DNA of 64,000 bases from Selenomonadales bacterium. Lineage in GTDB: Bacteria > Bacillota > UBA994. The stretch lies in the NCBI GenBank assembly GCA_018335585.1, contig JAGXRZ010000053.1:25189-89188 (forward strand), in the 5' to 3' direction. The notes under the pieces were generated by a model. It made no database searches, was not told where the DNA came from, and was given only the letters and a program-made list of their open reading frames with translations. Shown piece after piece: positions 1 through 9,566 of this stretch (within the stretch, counting starts at the first letter, position 1; the number at the start of each line of letters is the position of its first letter). The translations under genes were made by a program, and so were the position numbers.

Positions 1-270
1 GAAGAGTTCTCTCTTAGCTGACAAGTATTCTGCCGTTTTGTCCATCATCCCCGAAGGGCCAAGGCGTTGCCAGTCTGCCTCATTCGCTGGTATATGTGCA
101 GACTGCGCAATCGCCAGTAGTAGCTTGGTCAGGGCAATTTTCTGGACAGGATTTCCCCCCAGAGCAGATAGTTGATGGTCGCTGAAAATTGCGCCAAGGC
201 TTACTAGGCCCTTCCCTACAACAGGGACCCATGGCTCATCCACCAGATTAAACCTCTGCGATAAGGGCAT
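1..270 (-). CDS. cas8e: Type I-E Cascade large subunit Cas8e/Cse1 (5' part, runs off window edge)
   Basis: Manual translation from ATG at 270: MPLSQRFNLVDEPWVPVVGKGLVSLGAIFSDHQLSALGGNPVQKIALTKLLLAIAQ..., the typical FNLxDEPWxP Cse1 N-terminus; starts 1 nt after the cas3 stop. Confidence 0.85.
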   Translation of the reverse strand, partial: MPLSQRFNLVDEPWVPVVGKGLVSLGAIFSDHQLSALGGNPVQKIALTKLLLAIAQSAHIPANEADWQRLGPSGMMDKTAEYLSAKRELF

Positions 271-271
271 C

Positions 272-2851
272 TTAATTTCCTCCTCTCTTCTTAACGCCAT
301 ATCCCAAACACGAATCATAGCTTAACTCGAAATCCTCGTTGGCAATTGAACCGTCTATCCCTCGCACCTCGTCGCTCTCGAGCACCATTGCCGCCCGAAA
401 GGGGCTTTCCTCGTGGTCCCCCAGATACACGTAATCCCTTAGCCAGGAAATAGGTTTTGTTAAGACAGCAGGGGCATGATAGGCCGGAACAGTCACCGTG
501 TTTTTCAGCAAGACTGCGGCGATCCTGCGCCGCTCAGCCGGACTAGGGGATTGCGGCAGCATCAGCTCGGAGTTGTCCAAGAAACGTACTATTACTCCGT
601 TTTCCACGTTCACCTGCTTCTTCATCAACAGGACTTCCACTGACTCCATCTCCGAGTACCTGGTAGTGGCTTGGCTCTCCGGCAGTGTCTTCCCCCCCCT
701 CGATACACCGTACAGGGCCAGCCGAGACAGTTTGTCGCGCTCTTGCTCCACTAGGTGCTTGCTACGCGCCATGTCCCCAGTTTCGGTACGATCTTGGTAA
801 GTGGCCTCTAGTAAAGGTCGAATCCCCCCCGGCAACCTGACAATCTGCACATCCTGCCATACCTCAAGTGTCCGACACAGAACATAGGGGCTATAAACAG
901 CGGCTGATTTACCTAAGGTGCTGTGATTATCGATTGCCTCATGCAGGAAGGGGGCCAAAACCCATGCCTCACGCCTTGCTGCCTCTGGTCGGATGGAGTC
1001 ATTTTCACGATGCCTCCATAGCCGTCCCAACCGCTGAAACAGCATATCCGTAGGACATAGCCGGCTAACTAGGAAGTCAGCGTCGATATCCAGTGACTGC
1101 TCCAATACTTGGGTGCCTACCAAGATCCGCCCCTTCGCTTGCCGCAAGCTGTGTCCTTCCTTGCCGAAAAGACTGACCCACCTCCCCTCGTTTGCCTGTC
1201 GGTCTGTTTTGAGGAAGCGGGAGTGCAAGAGCCCGCATTCGAGCTGCAGCTCCACTGCCTTGGCTGCCAAGCCGCGATATCTCTGCTGGGCTTCGTCTAC
1301 GGTGTTCTCAATCCAGAGAACCTGTTCGCCTCTATCGGCCCGCAACAGAGCCTCATCAACGGCATCGTCGTCGCTATTGACAATGCGCACGTTTACCTCG
1401 GCATCCTCTAATTGTTCTACCCCTTGTTCCTGGATCTCCCCACCTGCCGGGCAACTAGTAATAAGGGGATAGGGGGAAATGGCCTCCTCTTGCTCGTTGC
1501 CCTTAGATGACACGCCGAGAATATTGCGCCTCTGATTATCTGTCAGGGTTGCGCTCAGGATAATGACCGTACAGTGCAGTGCTCGAAGCGAGCCGACCAG
1601 CTCTTTGAGAATGGTACCGGTATAGCTGTCATAGCTATGTACCTCATCGAGGATGACAACCTTCCCTGCCAGGCCAAAGGCCCTGACAAAACCATGCTTT
1701 ACATTCATCACAGCCATTAGAGCCTGATCTACGGTACCCACGGCAAAGGGAGCCAGAAGCCCGCGCTTGGAGCTGTTAAACCAGGACCGACCCGGAGCAC
1801 CGTCTTCACCCAGCTCCGTGTCCCGCAGCCACGCTAATCCATGCAACAACAGCGAGCGTCGGTTAGGGTCTTCCTCGTCCAAGATGCTGCTCAAAAAGCT
1901 ATTCATCCTGTCGTAGACCTTGTCTGAGGTTAGTTGAGTCGGGAGTGCGAAATACACCCCTGTTGCCCGCCCGCTCTCTAATGCCTTATAGGCCGCATAA
2001 AGAGCGGCTTCTGTCTTGCCTATTCCCATAGGGGCCTCTAAAACATAGACCCCCCAGTCATTTACCCGCTCTGCAAACCGCCTCTGGACATCGCGCGGAG
2101 CAAACCCACCCATGGATTCAAAGACTCTCTCAAAAGTAAGACCGCGGCGAACCCTAGGCGTGACAAAGCCTGCCTTAGTGACAGCTTCGGAAATGCGTTT
2201 CTGCACTGAATGGCGATCCCCGTGCACCCATGTCTCTGCATCATCGAATAGGGCGCCGGAACCAATCCAATCCGCCACACTGGTTAACCCCGCAAGGATA
2301 TCTGAATGAAGAGAGGTTGGTATGATGGGCCAATCCACATTCAAAGACTGCCTCAGGTTATCCAGTAGCTCTATGCGCTGTTTCTGCCAGGCAGGTCCAC
2401 CATACACTTCTGCATCAGGCTGGTGTGTATTGTGTGGAGTGTAGCCGTGATGCCTTCCCACAATCTCTGAGATATATCCTGGACACTGAGAGGTAGCTGC
2501 CTGGCTAACAGCAAAATGGTAGCCTATCTCCTTATCCCGAGCAGGCTGTGTGAACCCGAGTACCAGCCCGATCTCCCGGTGGATCTTCTCCTGAAATGCC
2601 GGACTGACTTTGCCCACATCGTGTGCCGCGGCAACCAGTTCGCTGCCTAGGGGGAAGAGGCTTTCCCTAAGGCGCGCAGGCAAACGAGATAATAGCTCGC
2701 GTGCAACTAGGCCTACCACTCGGCAATGCGTTTCCACAGATGCGCCCGGCCTGTTATCTAGCCCCTGACGAACAGTCTTTGCCAGGCACTTACTGAGAGG
2801 CAAAACGCTGATTTTGGAAGGCCCCGGCTGCTTGTTTCTAGGCTTCAACAT
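272..2851 (-). CDS. cas3: CRISPR-associated HD nuclease/helicase Cas3
   Basis: N-terminal HD domain (H..., HDVGK, HHG, VADWIGS), Walker A APMGIGKT, DEVH, SAT, HSRF, QRLGRLWRH helicase motifs. Confidence 0.96.
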   Translation of the reverse strand: MLKPRNKQPGPSKISVLPLSKCLAKTVRQGLDNRPGASVETHCRVVGLVARELLSRLPARLRESLFPLGSELVAAAHDVGKVSPAFQEKIHREIGLVLGFTQPARDKEIGYHFAVSQAATSQCPGYISEIVGRHHGYTPHNTHQPDAEVYGGPAWQKQRIELLDNLRQSLNVDWPIIPTSLHSDILAGLTSVADWIGSGALFDDAETWVHGDRHSVQKRISEAVTKAGFVTPRVRRGLTFERVFESMGGFAPRDVQRRFAERVNDWGVYVLEAPMGIGKTEAALYAAYKALESGRATGVYFALPTQLTSDKVYDRMNSFLSSILDEEDPNRRSLLLHGLAWLRDTELGEDGAPGRSWFNSSKRGLLAPFAVGTVDQALMAVMNVKHGFVRAFGLAGKVVILDEVHSYDSYTGTILKELVGSLRALHCTVIILSATLTDNQRRNILGVSSKGNEQEEAISPYPLITSCPAGGEIQEQGVEQLEDAEVNVRIVNSDDDAVDEALLRADRGEQVLWIENTVDEAQQRYRGLAAKAVELQLECGLLHSRFLKTDRQANEGRWVSLFGKEGHSLRQAKGRILVGTQVLEQSLDIDADFLVSRLCPTDMLFQRLGRLWRHRENDSIRPEAARREAWVLAPFLHEAIDNHSTLGKSAAVYSPYVLCRTLEVWQDVQIVRLPGGIRPLLEATYQDRTETGDMARSKHLVEQERDKLSRLALYGVSRGGKTLPESQATTRYSEMESVEVLLMKKQVNVENGVIVRFLDNSELMLPQSPSPAERRRIAAVLLKNTVTVPAYHAPAVLTKPISWLRDYVYLGDHEESPFRAAMVLESDEVRGIDGSIANEDFELSYDSCLGYGVKKRGGN

Positions 2852-3149
2852 GCTGGTCTCCTCCCATTCATTCCTGTCGCTCTAACTCCACGACAAACCG
2901 TACTCAGGTCCCCAGCGAATATGGCGTGTCATGATGCAGTCTGCCATGGGCAGGATCGCCATGACGCGAAGTGAATGTTGGGTTGCGCAGTCCTATTTGA
3001 ATTCTACATATGGTATATATTTCATCATTGATCATCAACATCCTGCTCAAAATCCTGCTCACTTTTGATAAAAGCAATGTCAACGTTGACATGAATGTTG
3101 GGGTTGCTGGCTGTGTTAATGGCGCTCTCTAGCTTTGGCCTGTCCAAAA

Positions 3150-3381
3150 ACTAGTGCCGGACCCATTGACTGAACGTCGGCAAGTCAAAAATGAAAAGAA
3201 CTGCCGCCGCAGTCACCCTTAAGCTGTACTCTATGCTCCAGGAGGCGGTTGACCGTGAGTGATCGACTGCGAGAGCTATGCCGCCAAATGCGACTGGGGA
3301 ATCTGGCTATGCTTATTTAACCAAGTAGAGTATGCCGACAAAAAGCAGCACCTTACTGAGCTTCTGGAGATAGCTCACTAA
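3150..3381 (+). pseudogene. Probable IS21-family remnant (istA 3' end / frameshifted istB 5' end)
   Basis: Short frame ending ...VTLKLYSMLQEAVDRE* overlaps a GTG at 3255 with an AGGAGG RBS: MSDRLRELCRQMRLGNLAMLI*, continuing in another frame NQVEYADKKQHLTELLEIAH*, resembling IstB N-termini (recognition by eye). Confidence 0.45.
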
Positions 3382-3699
3382 TGGCCGCTGACACTGCCCG
3401 TCCGCCCTTTGAAAAGCAAAATTGTTCATGCCGTCCTAGATCCACAAGGGCGGGAACAAGCAATTCCATTTGCATGCCTCGTTTTTTCTTCGCTCGCCGT
3501 TCATAGGCGGCCTGCTTCTCTCAACGCTCCTGTTCGTACTCTATCACTTCCCCAGTGATAGTAGATGCACTCAAAGAAATGACCTAGAGCAGCAGTTGAT
3601 CGCTACATCGTGGGTCGCTGCAGCGTGTTTCATAGACTAGCCACAAGTGGTAAACTACTATCAACAACCCCCTCCACCACATCCCAAAGGAGGCCCGAC

Positions 3700-3912
3700 A
3701 TGCTACCCCAAGCCAAATTAGATCGCCTTAACGCACAGGCGCAAAAGCAAAAGGAAGGCCAGCTCACCCCGGCGGAACAAAACGAGCAGAAGCTTTTACG
3801 CGCGGAGTATATACAGAGTTTTCGCAGCCGAGTCGCGGCCGACCTTGAGGCACAGGGCATGGAGCAGAAGCCTGCGCAGGGCTGTGCCTGCGGCTGCCGG
3901 CATAAGCACTGA
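3700..3912 (+). CDS. DUF896 (YnzC-like) small protein with C-terminal CACGCRHKH tail
   Basis: AAAGGAGG RBS before ATG 3700; pattern LDRLNxxAxKQKEGQLTPAEQxEQKLLRAEYIQSFR. Confidence 0.8.
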   Translation: MLPQAKLDRLNAQAQKQKEGQLTPAEQNEQKLLRAEYIQSFRSRVAADLEAQGMEQKPAQGCACGCRHKH

Positions 3913-3991
3913 GCAAGCTGCGCTTTCGGCTGGCAATAAGCGTCTTTGCGGCAGGAGTGGCTGCTCTGCGCAAGCAGAGCGGCCTATTGAT

Positions 3992-4079
3992 GTTTGTGGC
4001 TTGTGGCTTGTCGCTTGTCGCTTGTGGCTTGCGGCTTGCGGCTTGTCGCTCAAAGCTCACCGCTCACCGCTCACAGCTC
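3992..4079. repeat. Heptamer tandem array: (G[C/T]TTG[T/C][G/C])x8 followed in phase by (GCTCAMM)x4
   Basis: GTTTGTG GCTTGTG GCTTGTC GCTTGTC GCTTGTG GCTTGCG GCTTGCG GCTTGTC GCTCAAA GCTCACC GCTCACC GCTCACA GCTC read directly. Confidence 0.95.
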
Positions 4080-4080
4080 C

Positions 4081-4100
4081 GTTCACACTCAGTTCACATT
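4081..4100 (+). promoter_or_regulatory. OmpR-family direct-repeat box (HssR-box-like)
   Basis: GTTCACACT-CA-GTTCACATT, 11-bp period, about 55 bp upstream of the response regulator; similar to the staphylococcal HssR site GTTCATATT-N2-GTTCATATT. Confidence 0.6.
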
Positions 4101-4154
4101 CACCTGATAAGCTACTAGCACCGAAGCGCACGCGGCCCATACGACAGTCTGGGG

Positions 4155-4838
4155 GTGAGTGAGATGGCTAAAATTCTCTTGGTAGACGACAACGCCAACA
4201 TACGCAAACTAATGGAGATCTACCTGGTGCGCGAGGGCTTTTTAGTCTTTCATGCCGAGCACGGCAAAGAGGCGCTAGACCTCCTAGCGCGCCAGCACAT
4301 CGATTTGATTGTGGCCGACATTATGATGCCGGAGATGGACGGTTTCGAGCTAACGGCTGCGCTGCGCGGCGCGGGTTTCACCGTGCCCATTCTTATGGTT
4401 ACAGCCAAAAACACCTGGCCGGACAAGCGACAGGGGTTTCAGAGCGGGGCGGACGACTACCTGACCAAGCCTGTCGATATGGAGGAGCTGGTCTTAAGAG
4501 TGCGAGCGCTCCTTCGCCGGGCGAGAATCAGCAGCGAACAGCAGCTGCGCATCGGCGACATCGTCCTCGACGCCGAGACGTTGGCGCTGCGCCACAACGG
4601 ACAGGAGCACACTCTGCCGCGCAAGGAGTTCCAAGTGCTCTTTAAGCTTTTGTCTAGCCCCGGCAAAATCTTCACCCGCCAGGAGCTGCTCGACGAGTTT
4701 TGGGGGCTCGACAGCGAAGTGGACGAGCGCACGGTCGATGTGCACATTAAGCGCCTGCGCGACAGGCTTGCCGATGTGAGCGAGTTTGAGATTGTCACCG
4801 TGCGGGGGCTTGGCTACAAAGCTATGCGGCGCGCATGA
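4155..4838 (+). CDS. OmpR-family response regulator (HssR-like)
   Basis: Receiver domain (VDD, DIMMP, TAK, KP) and winged helix (ERTVDVHIKRLR, TVRGLGYK). Confidence 0.9.
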   Translation: MSEMAKILLVDDNANIRKLMEIYLVREGFLVFHAEHGKEALDLLARQHIDLIVADIMMPEMDGFELTAALRGAGFTVPILMVTAKNTWPDKRQGFQSGADDYLTKPVDMEELVLRVRALLRRARISSEQQLRIGDIVLDAETLALRHNGQEHTLPRKEFQVLFKLLSSPGKIFTRQELLDEFWGLDSEVDERTVDVHIKRLRDRLADVSEFEIVTVRGLGYKAMRRA

Positions 4839-6172
4839 TCAGGCGCTCAATTTATCTGCAGCTGGTGGCGATGCTTATCGGTATAGTTTTTATCAGTAAT
4901 GTGGTCGTCATGTTTACGTTTGTCGTTACCACCGAGCGCGGCATGCTCGCCGAAATGGAGGATGCCCTGTCCGAACTGACGACGCAACTGCGGAACCTGC
5001 ATGCGGCCGGCGCACTTCCTGCCGAACGCATTCCGCCGATGCTGCAGACTGGCTATTTTCGCGCCAGTGTCTACAGCAATCTAGACGAGGTGCGCGCGGC
5101 CAAGCTCGTGCGCCATTTCTTTAGGCCGGAAGACCTAGACCAGCTCGCAGCAGTCGGCGAGGTGCGAAGTTCCATCTATAACCGCATGACCTTCCGCCTG
5201 CCTGCCACCATTATGCGCTTAACCGGTACAGAGGGTGAAAGCTATCTCTTCGTGCATCCTAACTTAGGGAAGCTAGCGGCTAACTTTCGCCCGGTTATCA
5301 TTAGGATGAACTTCGTCTCATTGATTGTCGGCTCAATCATGGTGCTCATAGCCGCTAAATACATCGTGCGCCCTGTAAAAGAGCTTAGCGAAGCGACTAA
5401 GCAAGTGTCCCAAGGCAACTTCGAAGTGAACATCAAGACAAAGCGCCGCGATGAGCTAGGGCAGCTCGTAGCCGGGTTTAACGCCATGGCCAAGGCACTG
5501 CGCGGCATAGAGATTTTACGCAGCGACTTTATAGCCGCCATTTCGCATGAGTTTCGCACGCCTCTCACCTCTATTAAAGGCTTTGCCAAGCTTATCGGAG
5601 AAACAGAGAGCAAAGAACTGCGGCAGGAATACGCGGCTATTGTCGCCGACGAAACCGACCGCCTCGCCGCTCTTGCCAGCAGCATTCTGCAGATGAGCGA
5701 GCTAGAAAGCGGCGTGGGAGACTTCGCGCGGCAGTCGTTTCGGCTCGACGAGCAGCTGCGCCAGGTAGTTGTGCTGCTTGAGCCGCAGTGGAGCAAAAAG
5801 AACTTAGACTTGGCGGTAGACCTTGCCGCCGTAGATTACTGCGCAAACAAAGACCTGCTCTTTCAGGTCTGGCTAAATATCTTAGATAACGCCATTAAGT
5901 TCTCGCCCAACGCAGGCCGCGTGGAAGTTGTGCTAACCGCAGACAAAAACGCCGTCGCCTGTGTCATTAGGGACTTTGGCCCCGGCATCAAGAGCGAGAA
6001 CCAGCGCCGCGTCTTCGAGAAGTTCTACAAAGGCGATAAGGCGCGCGGGAGCCCGGGCAGCGGCCTGGGGCTATCGATAGCCAAACGCATCGTGGAGCTA
6101 CATCAAGGCGAGGTGTCTCTAAGTAGCGCGCCCGAGCGCGGCACAACTGTCACAGTAACGCTGCCCCTTTAG
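4835..6172 (+). CDS. HAMP sensor histidine kinase (HssS-like)
   Basis: Two TM segments, HAMP, ISHEFRTPL H-box, N/G1/F/G2 boxes; ATGA overlap with regulator. Confidence 0.92.
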   Translation: MIRRSIYLQLVAMLIGIVFISNVVVMFTFVVTTERGMLAEMEDALSELTTQLRNLHAAGALPAERIPPMLQTGYFRASVYSNLDEVRAAKLVRHFFRPEDLDQLAAVGEVRSSIYNRMTFRLPATIMRLTGTEGESYLFVHPNLGKLAANFRPVIIRMNFVSLIVGSIMVLIAAKYIVRPVKELSEATKQVSQGNFEVNIKTKRRDELGQLVAGFNAMAKALRGIEILRSDFIAAISHEFRTPLTSIKGFAKLIGETESKELRQEYAAIVADETDRLAALASSILQMSELESGVGDFARQSFRLDEQLRQVVVLLEPQWSKKNLDLAVDLAAVDYCANKDLLFQVWLNILDNAIKFSPNAGRVEVVLTADKNAVACVIRDFGPGIKSENQRRVFEKFYKGDKARGSPGSGLGLSIAKRIVELHQGEVSLSSAPERGTTVTVTLPL

Positions 6173-6203
6173 TTAAGCGCCCAGAACGTCAGGAGGTTAT
6201 GTC

Positions 6204-9200
6204 ATGTCCTTACCCGCATTCGCCACATCGCGCCGCATCACGGTGTTGATGCTTGTCCTCATTACGGTAGTTATCGGCGTGATGTCTTACACGCGTACAC
6301 CCGTAGACTTGTTGCCTAACATGAACTTCCCCATGGCCGCCGTCCTCGTCTCCTTCCCCGGGGCTGCGCCGCAAGAGGTAGAAACACTTGTGACGAGGCC
6401 GCTCGAAGGGACGTTAGCGACCGTCAGCAACATTCGCGAAGTGTCCTCCACTTCGTCTGCCGGGCAGGCGACCATACTCCTGTCGTTTAACTGGGGCACT
6501 AATATGGACTTTGCCGCGCTGGAAATGCGCGAGAAGATTGACCTCATGCGTCGCCTGCTGCCGGCCGAAGTTGGCGCACCGACGGTAATGAAGTTTGACC
6601 CTTCGCTTATGCCAATAATGGCGGTTGACTTTGGTTCCGACACCCGCACCGGAGCAGAACTGCGCGACCTCGCCGATAGGGTGCTGGCTTCGCGCCTCGA
6701 ACGCGTCGCGGGAGTGGCCTCGGTCTCCGTTAGCGGCGGTCAGCAGACGGGCATAGAGGTGCGCCTAGACCCTGCTAAGCTCGAAGCGATGGGTATAACG
6801 CTCGCGCAAGTTACCGGGGCGCTCCGCACCGCGAGTCTAAACCTCCCCGGCGGCACCCTCAGCGTCGAGGGGCAAGAGTACCTAATCCGCAGCGTAGGGC
6901 AATTAACTTCTTTGAGTGAGATAGAAGACCTAATCGTAGGGATGCGCACCATCCGAACAGTGCGCACGGTTCCTGCGGCAACCGCGCTGACCATGCCGCA
7001 ACTTCCGCCCGGTTTGGTTATCCCGGGCCTGCCTGCGACCCCTTCGCCTACGCCGCAACAACAGGTTACTACCACAACCGAGCCTGTATACTTGCGGCAA
7101 GTCGGCACGGTGGCCGAGGTAAACGTATTAGGCAATACGGTCACGTTGCTCAACCGGTTGCCGAGCGTTTCCATTAGGCTGCACAAGCAGTCTGATGCTA
7201 ACACCGTCTTGGTGGCCAACCTAGTGCATGCCGAGCTCGAACAGCTGCGCGCGGATTTTGCCGACCTTACTATAGTCCCCACGCAAGACCAAAGCCGCTT
7301 TATTGAGGCGGCCATCAGTGCGGTAGGGCAGAACGCGGCCTATGGCGGCCTGCTGGCTGTGCTAGTTCTCCTCGTCTTCCTAAAGAGCGTTGCCCCAACC
7401 TTAGTAATTGCCATTGCCGTGCCGGTATCCGTTGTCGCTACCTTTGCGCTGGTCTACTTTGGCAACCTAACCATTAACATGATGACTCTCATGGGGCTAG
7501 CCCTAGGCATTGGCATGTTGGTCGACAACTCCATCGTAGTCTTAGAGAATATCTATCGTTACCAAGAAGAAGGCGCCGACCGCCTCACCGCTGCGCGCAA
7601 AGGCACCGAGGAAGTGGCCATGGCGATTACCGCCTCTACACTTACCACGGTGGCCGTCTTTCTGCCCGTGGCCTTTGTGGGCGGCATTACCGGCATGATG
7701 TTTAGGGAACTTGCTCTGACGGTGAGCTTTTCGCTCTTGTCGAGTCTTGCCGTCGCCCTAATAGTAGTGCCGGTTCTCTCGGCTACCATATTAAGGACAA
7801 GGCCGAGTCGGGCCGCGACAGGACAACGCCGCCTGAACCAGTACCAGGCGTCGCTAAAGTGGGCGCTCGGGCACAAGGCAGTAGTGGCGCTACTTACTTT
7901 GGCTTTGCTCGGGGGGAGCCTCCTCACCTTCGGTCGCATCGGCGGCGAGTTTATCCCCACTATGGATCAAGGTGAACTCAGCGTCACGGTGACGTTGCCC
8001 GCAGGCAGCGCCGTAAGCGAGACACAGGAAGTCGCTACCGTTGTCTTAGACGATTTGTTGGCGCGCCCCGAGGTCGGTTCGGTGTCGACGAGTATCGGCG
8101 GGGCAGGCGGCGGGCGCATGATGGGCATGGCCGCCGGACGCGCAAATCGCGCCACAATGACGGTGGTGCTTAAGACGGGTTACCGCAGTGCCGATATCGC
8201 CGCAGAGATAAACGCCAAGTATGCCGACTTCGCGGACGGCACCGTGCGCGCTTCAGCCGCGGCAGGCATGGGCGGGGGAGGGGGCATGGGTCTTGGCGGC
8301 AGCACTTCCGTTGTCGTTAACCTGTCCGGGCCTACTCTCGCCGGGCTAAGGCAGTACGCCGACCAAATTAAGGAGGCAGCCGCAACAATCGAAGGCATTA
8401 CGGAAGTGCGCGATAACGCCGGCGTCGGCGCGAACGAGCTGGTGGTGCGCGTAGACAGAGAGAAGGCGGCGCGCCTCGGTTTGGCTCCGACTGCGATAGC
8501 CGGTGCCGTGCGCACGGCGTTCCAGGGCGAGAACGTCTCCCGCGTCTCGCGTGACGGGCGCGAAATCGACGTCAACGTCAGCCTAATAGACTCCGCTCGC
8601 CAAAGCATAGCAGACCTCGAAAACCTAATTGTGGCCGCACGCGAGGGGCAGGTCGTTAGGCTTAGCCAAGTGGCATCTGTTGAACAGGCTGTCGGGCCGG
8701 CTTCGATTAACAGGCGGGCTAACCAGCGCTACGTCGCGATTACGGCTACCGTTGAAGGGCGCGACCTGCGGAGCGTGACGCGCGATTTGCAGGAAAGGCT
8801 CGACGCCTTAGAGCTCCCGGTGGATTACCGCGCCGAACTCGCGGGTGATGCGCTCGAGATGAACGAAGCCTTCAGCGGCCTAATTACCGCGCTAATCCTC
8901 GCTGTAGTGCTGGTGTATATGGTCATGGCCTCCCAGTTTGAGTCGCTGCTGTACCCGTTTATCGTCATGTTTACCATGCCGCTCGCGGTTATCGGCGTGC
9001 TGCTGGCGCTGTTCTTTACCGGCCAAACGTTTAACGTACCCTCGATTATGGGCGTTATCGTGCTGGCGGGGATTGTAGTTAACAACGCCATTGTCTTAGT
9101 CGACTACATTAACCAACTGCGCGCCCGCGGCCGCAGTGTGCACGACGCCATTATCGAGGCGGCGGGGGCAAGGCTTCGCCCCATCCTGATGACCACGACA

Positions 9201-9362
9201 ACTACAATCCTTGCGCTCGTGCCCATGGCTGTTTTAGGCGGTTCTGCCGCAGAGATGCAGCGCCCCCTAAGCATCGCTATTATCGGCGGGCTGACGATGT
9301 CGACGCTGCTTACGCTCTACATTATTCCCTTGGCGTATGACTTAGCGACGTTGAGAGAATAA
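6204..9362 (+). CDS. RND efflux transporter permease (AcrB/SwrC family)
   Basis: 1052 aa, GMLVDNSIVVLE, VNNAIVLVD and RLRPILMTT motifs. Confidence 0.93.
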   Translation: MSLPAFATSRRITVLMLVLITVVIGVMSYTRTPVDLLPNMNFPMAAVLVSFPGAAPQEVETLVTRPLEGTLATVSNIREVSSTSSAGQATILLSFNWGTNMDFAALEMREKIDLMRRLLPAEVGAPTVMKFDPSLMPIMAVDFGSDTRTGAELRDLADRVLASRLERVAGVASVSVSGGQQTGIEVRLDPAKLEAMGITLAQVTGALRTASLNLPGGTLSVEGQEYLIRSVGQLTSLSEIEDLIVGMRTIRTVRTVPAATALTMPQLPPGLVIPGLPATPSPTPQQQVTTTTEPVYLRQVGTVAEVNVLGNTVTLLNRLPSVSIRLHKQSDANTVLVANLVHAELEQLRADFADLTIVPTQDQSRFIEAAISAVGQNAAYGGLLAVLVLLVFLKSVAPTLVIAIAVPVSVVATFALVYFGNLTINMMTLMGLALGIGMLVDNSIVVLENIYRYQEEGADRLTAARKGTEEVAMAITASTLTTVAVFLPVAFVGGITGMMFRELALTVSFSLLSSLAVALIVVPVLSATILRTRPSRAATGQRRLNQYQASLKWALGHKAVVALLTLALLGGSLLTFGRIGGEFIPTMDQGELSVTVTLPAGSAVSETQEVATVVLDDLLARPEVGSVSTSIGGAGGGRMMGMAAGRANRATMTVVLKTGYRSADIAAEINAKYADFADGTVRASAAAGMGGGGGMGLGGSTSVVVNLSGPTLAGLRQYADQIKEAAATIEGITEVRDNAGVGANELVVRVDREKAARLGLAPTAIAGAVRTAFQGENVSRVSRDGREIDVNVSLIDSARQSIADLENLIVAAREGQVVRLSQVASVEQAVGPASINRRANQRYVAITATVEGRDLRSVTRDLQERLDALELPVDYRAELAGDALEMNEAFSGLITALILAVVLVYMVMASQFESLLYPFIVMFTMPLAVIGVLLALFFTGQTFNVPSIMGVIVLAGIVVNNAIVLVDYINQLRARGRSVHDAIIEAAGARLRPILMTTTTTILALVPMAVLGGSAAEMQRPLSIAIIGGLTMSTLLTLYIIPLAYDLATLRE

Positions 9363-9379
9363 TCTGGGGCTCCTAACGG

Positions 9380-9516
9380 GCTTTGAGCTTTGAGCTGTGA
9401 GCTGTGAGGGAAAAGGTGCAGTGTGTCTCTGTGTTCTCTGTGCCTCTGTGGTGAACAACTCCTCCCCGGTCGTCTCCACGCAGTGCTAAGTGCGAAGTGC
9501 TAAGTGCTAAGTGCTG
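9380..9516. repeat. Composite tandem array: (GCTKTGA)x4, (CTCTGTGNN)x3, (AGTGCKR)x5
   Basis: Units at 9380-9407, 9427-9453 and 9482-9516 read directly. Confidence 0.93.
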
Positions 9517-9566
9517 TGGTTAAACCCCGCCCTGCGTGATACAATAGGCAGAGCAAGCTGAAGCGG

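Noticed and set aside
1..3600. CRISPR array near cas3
   Set aside because: No 28-37 bp repeats with unique spacers are visible; an array would more likely lie beyond the left edge
3764..4162. ORFs with QAASRKPQATS / LWLVACRL repeats
   Set aside because: Translations of the heptamer array, which lacks stops in several frames; no RBS or family motif
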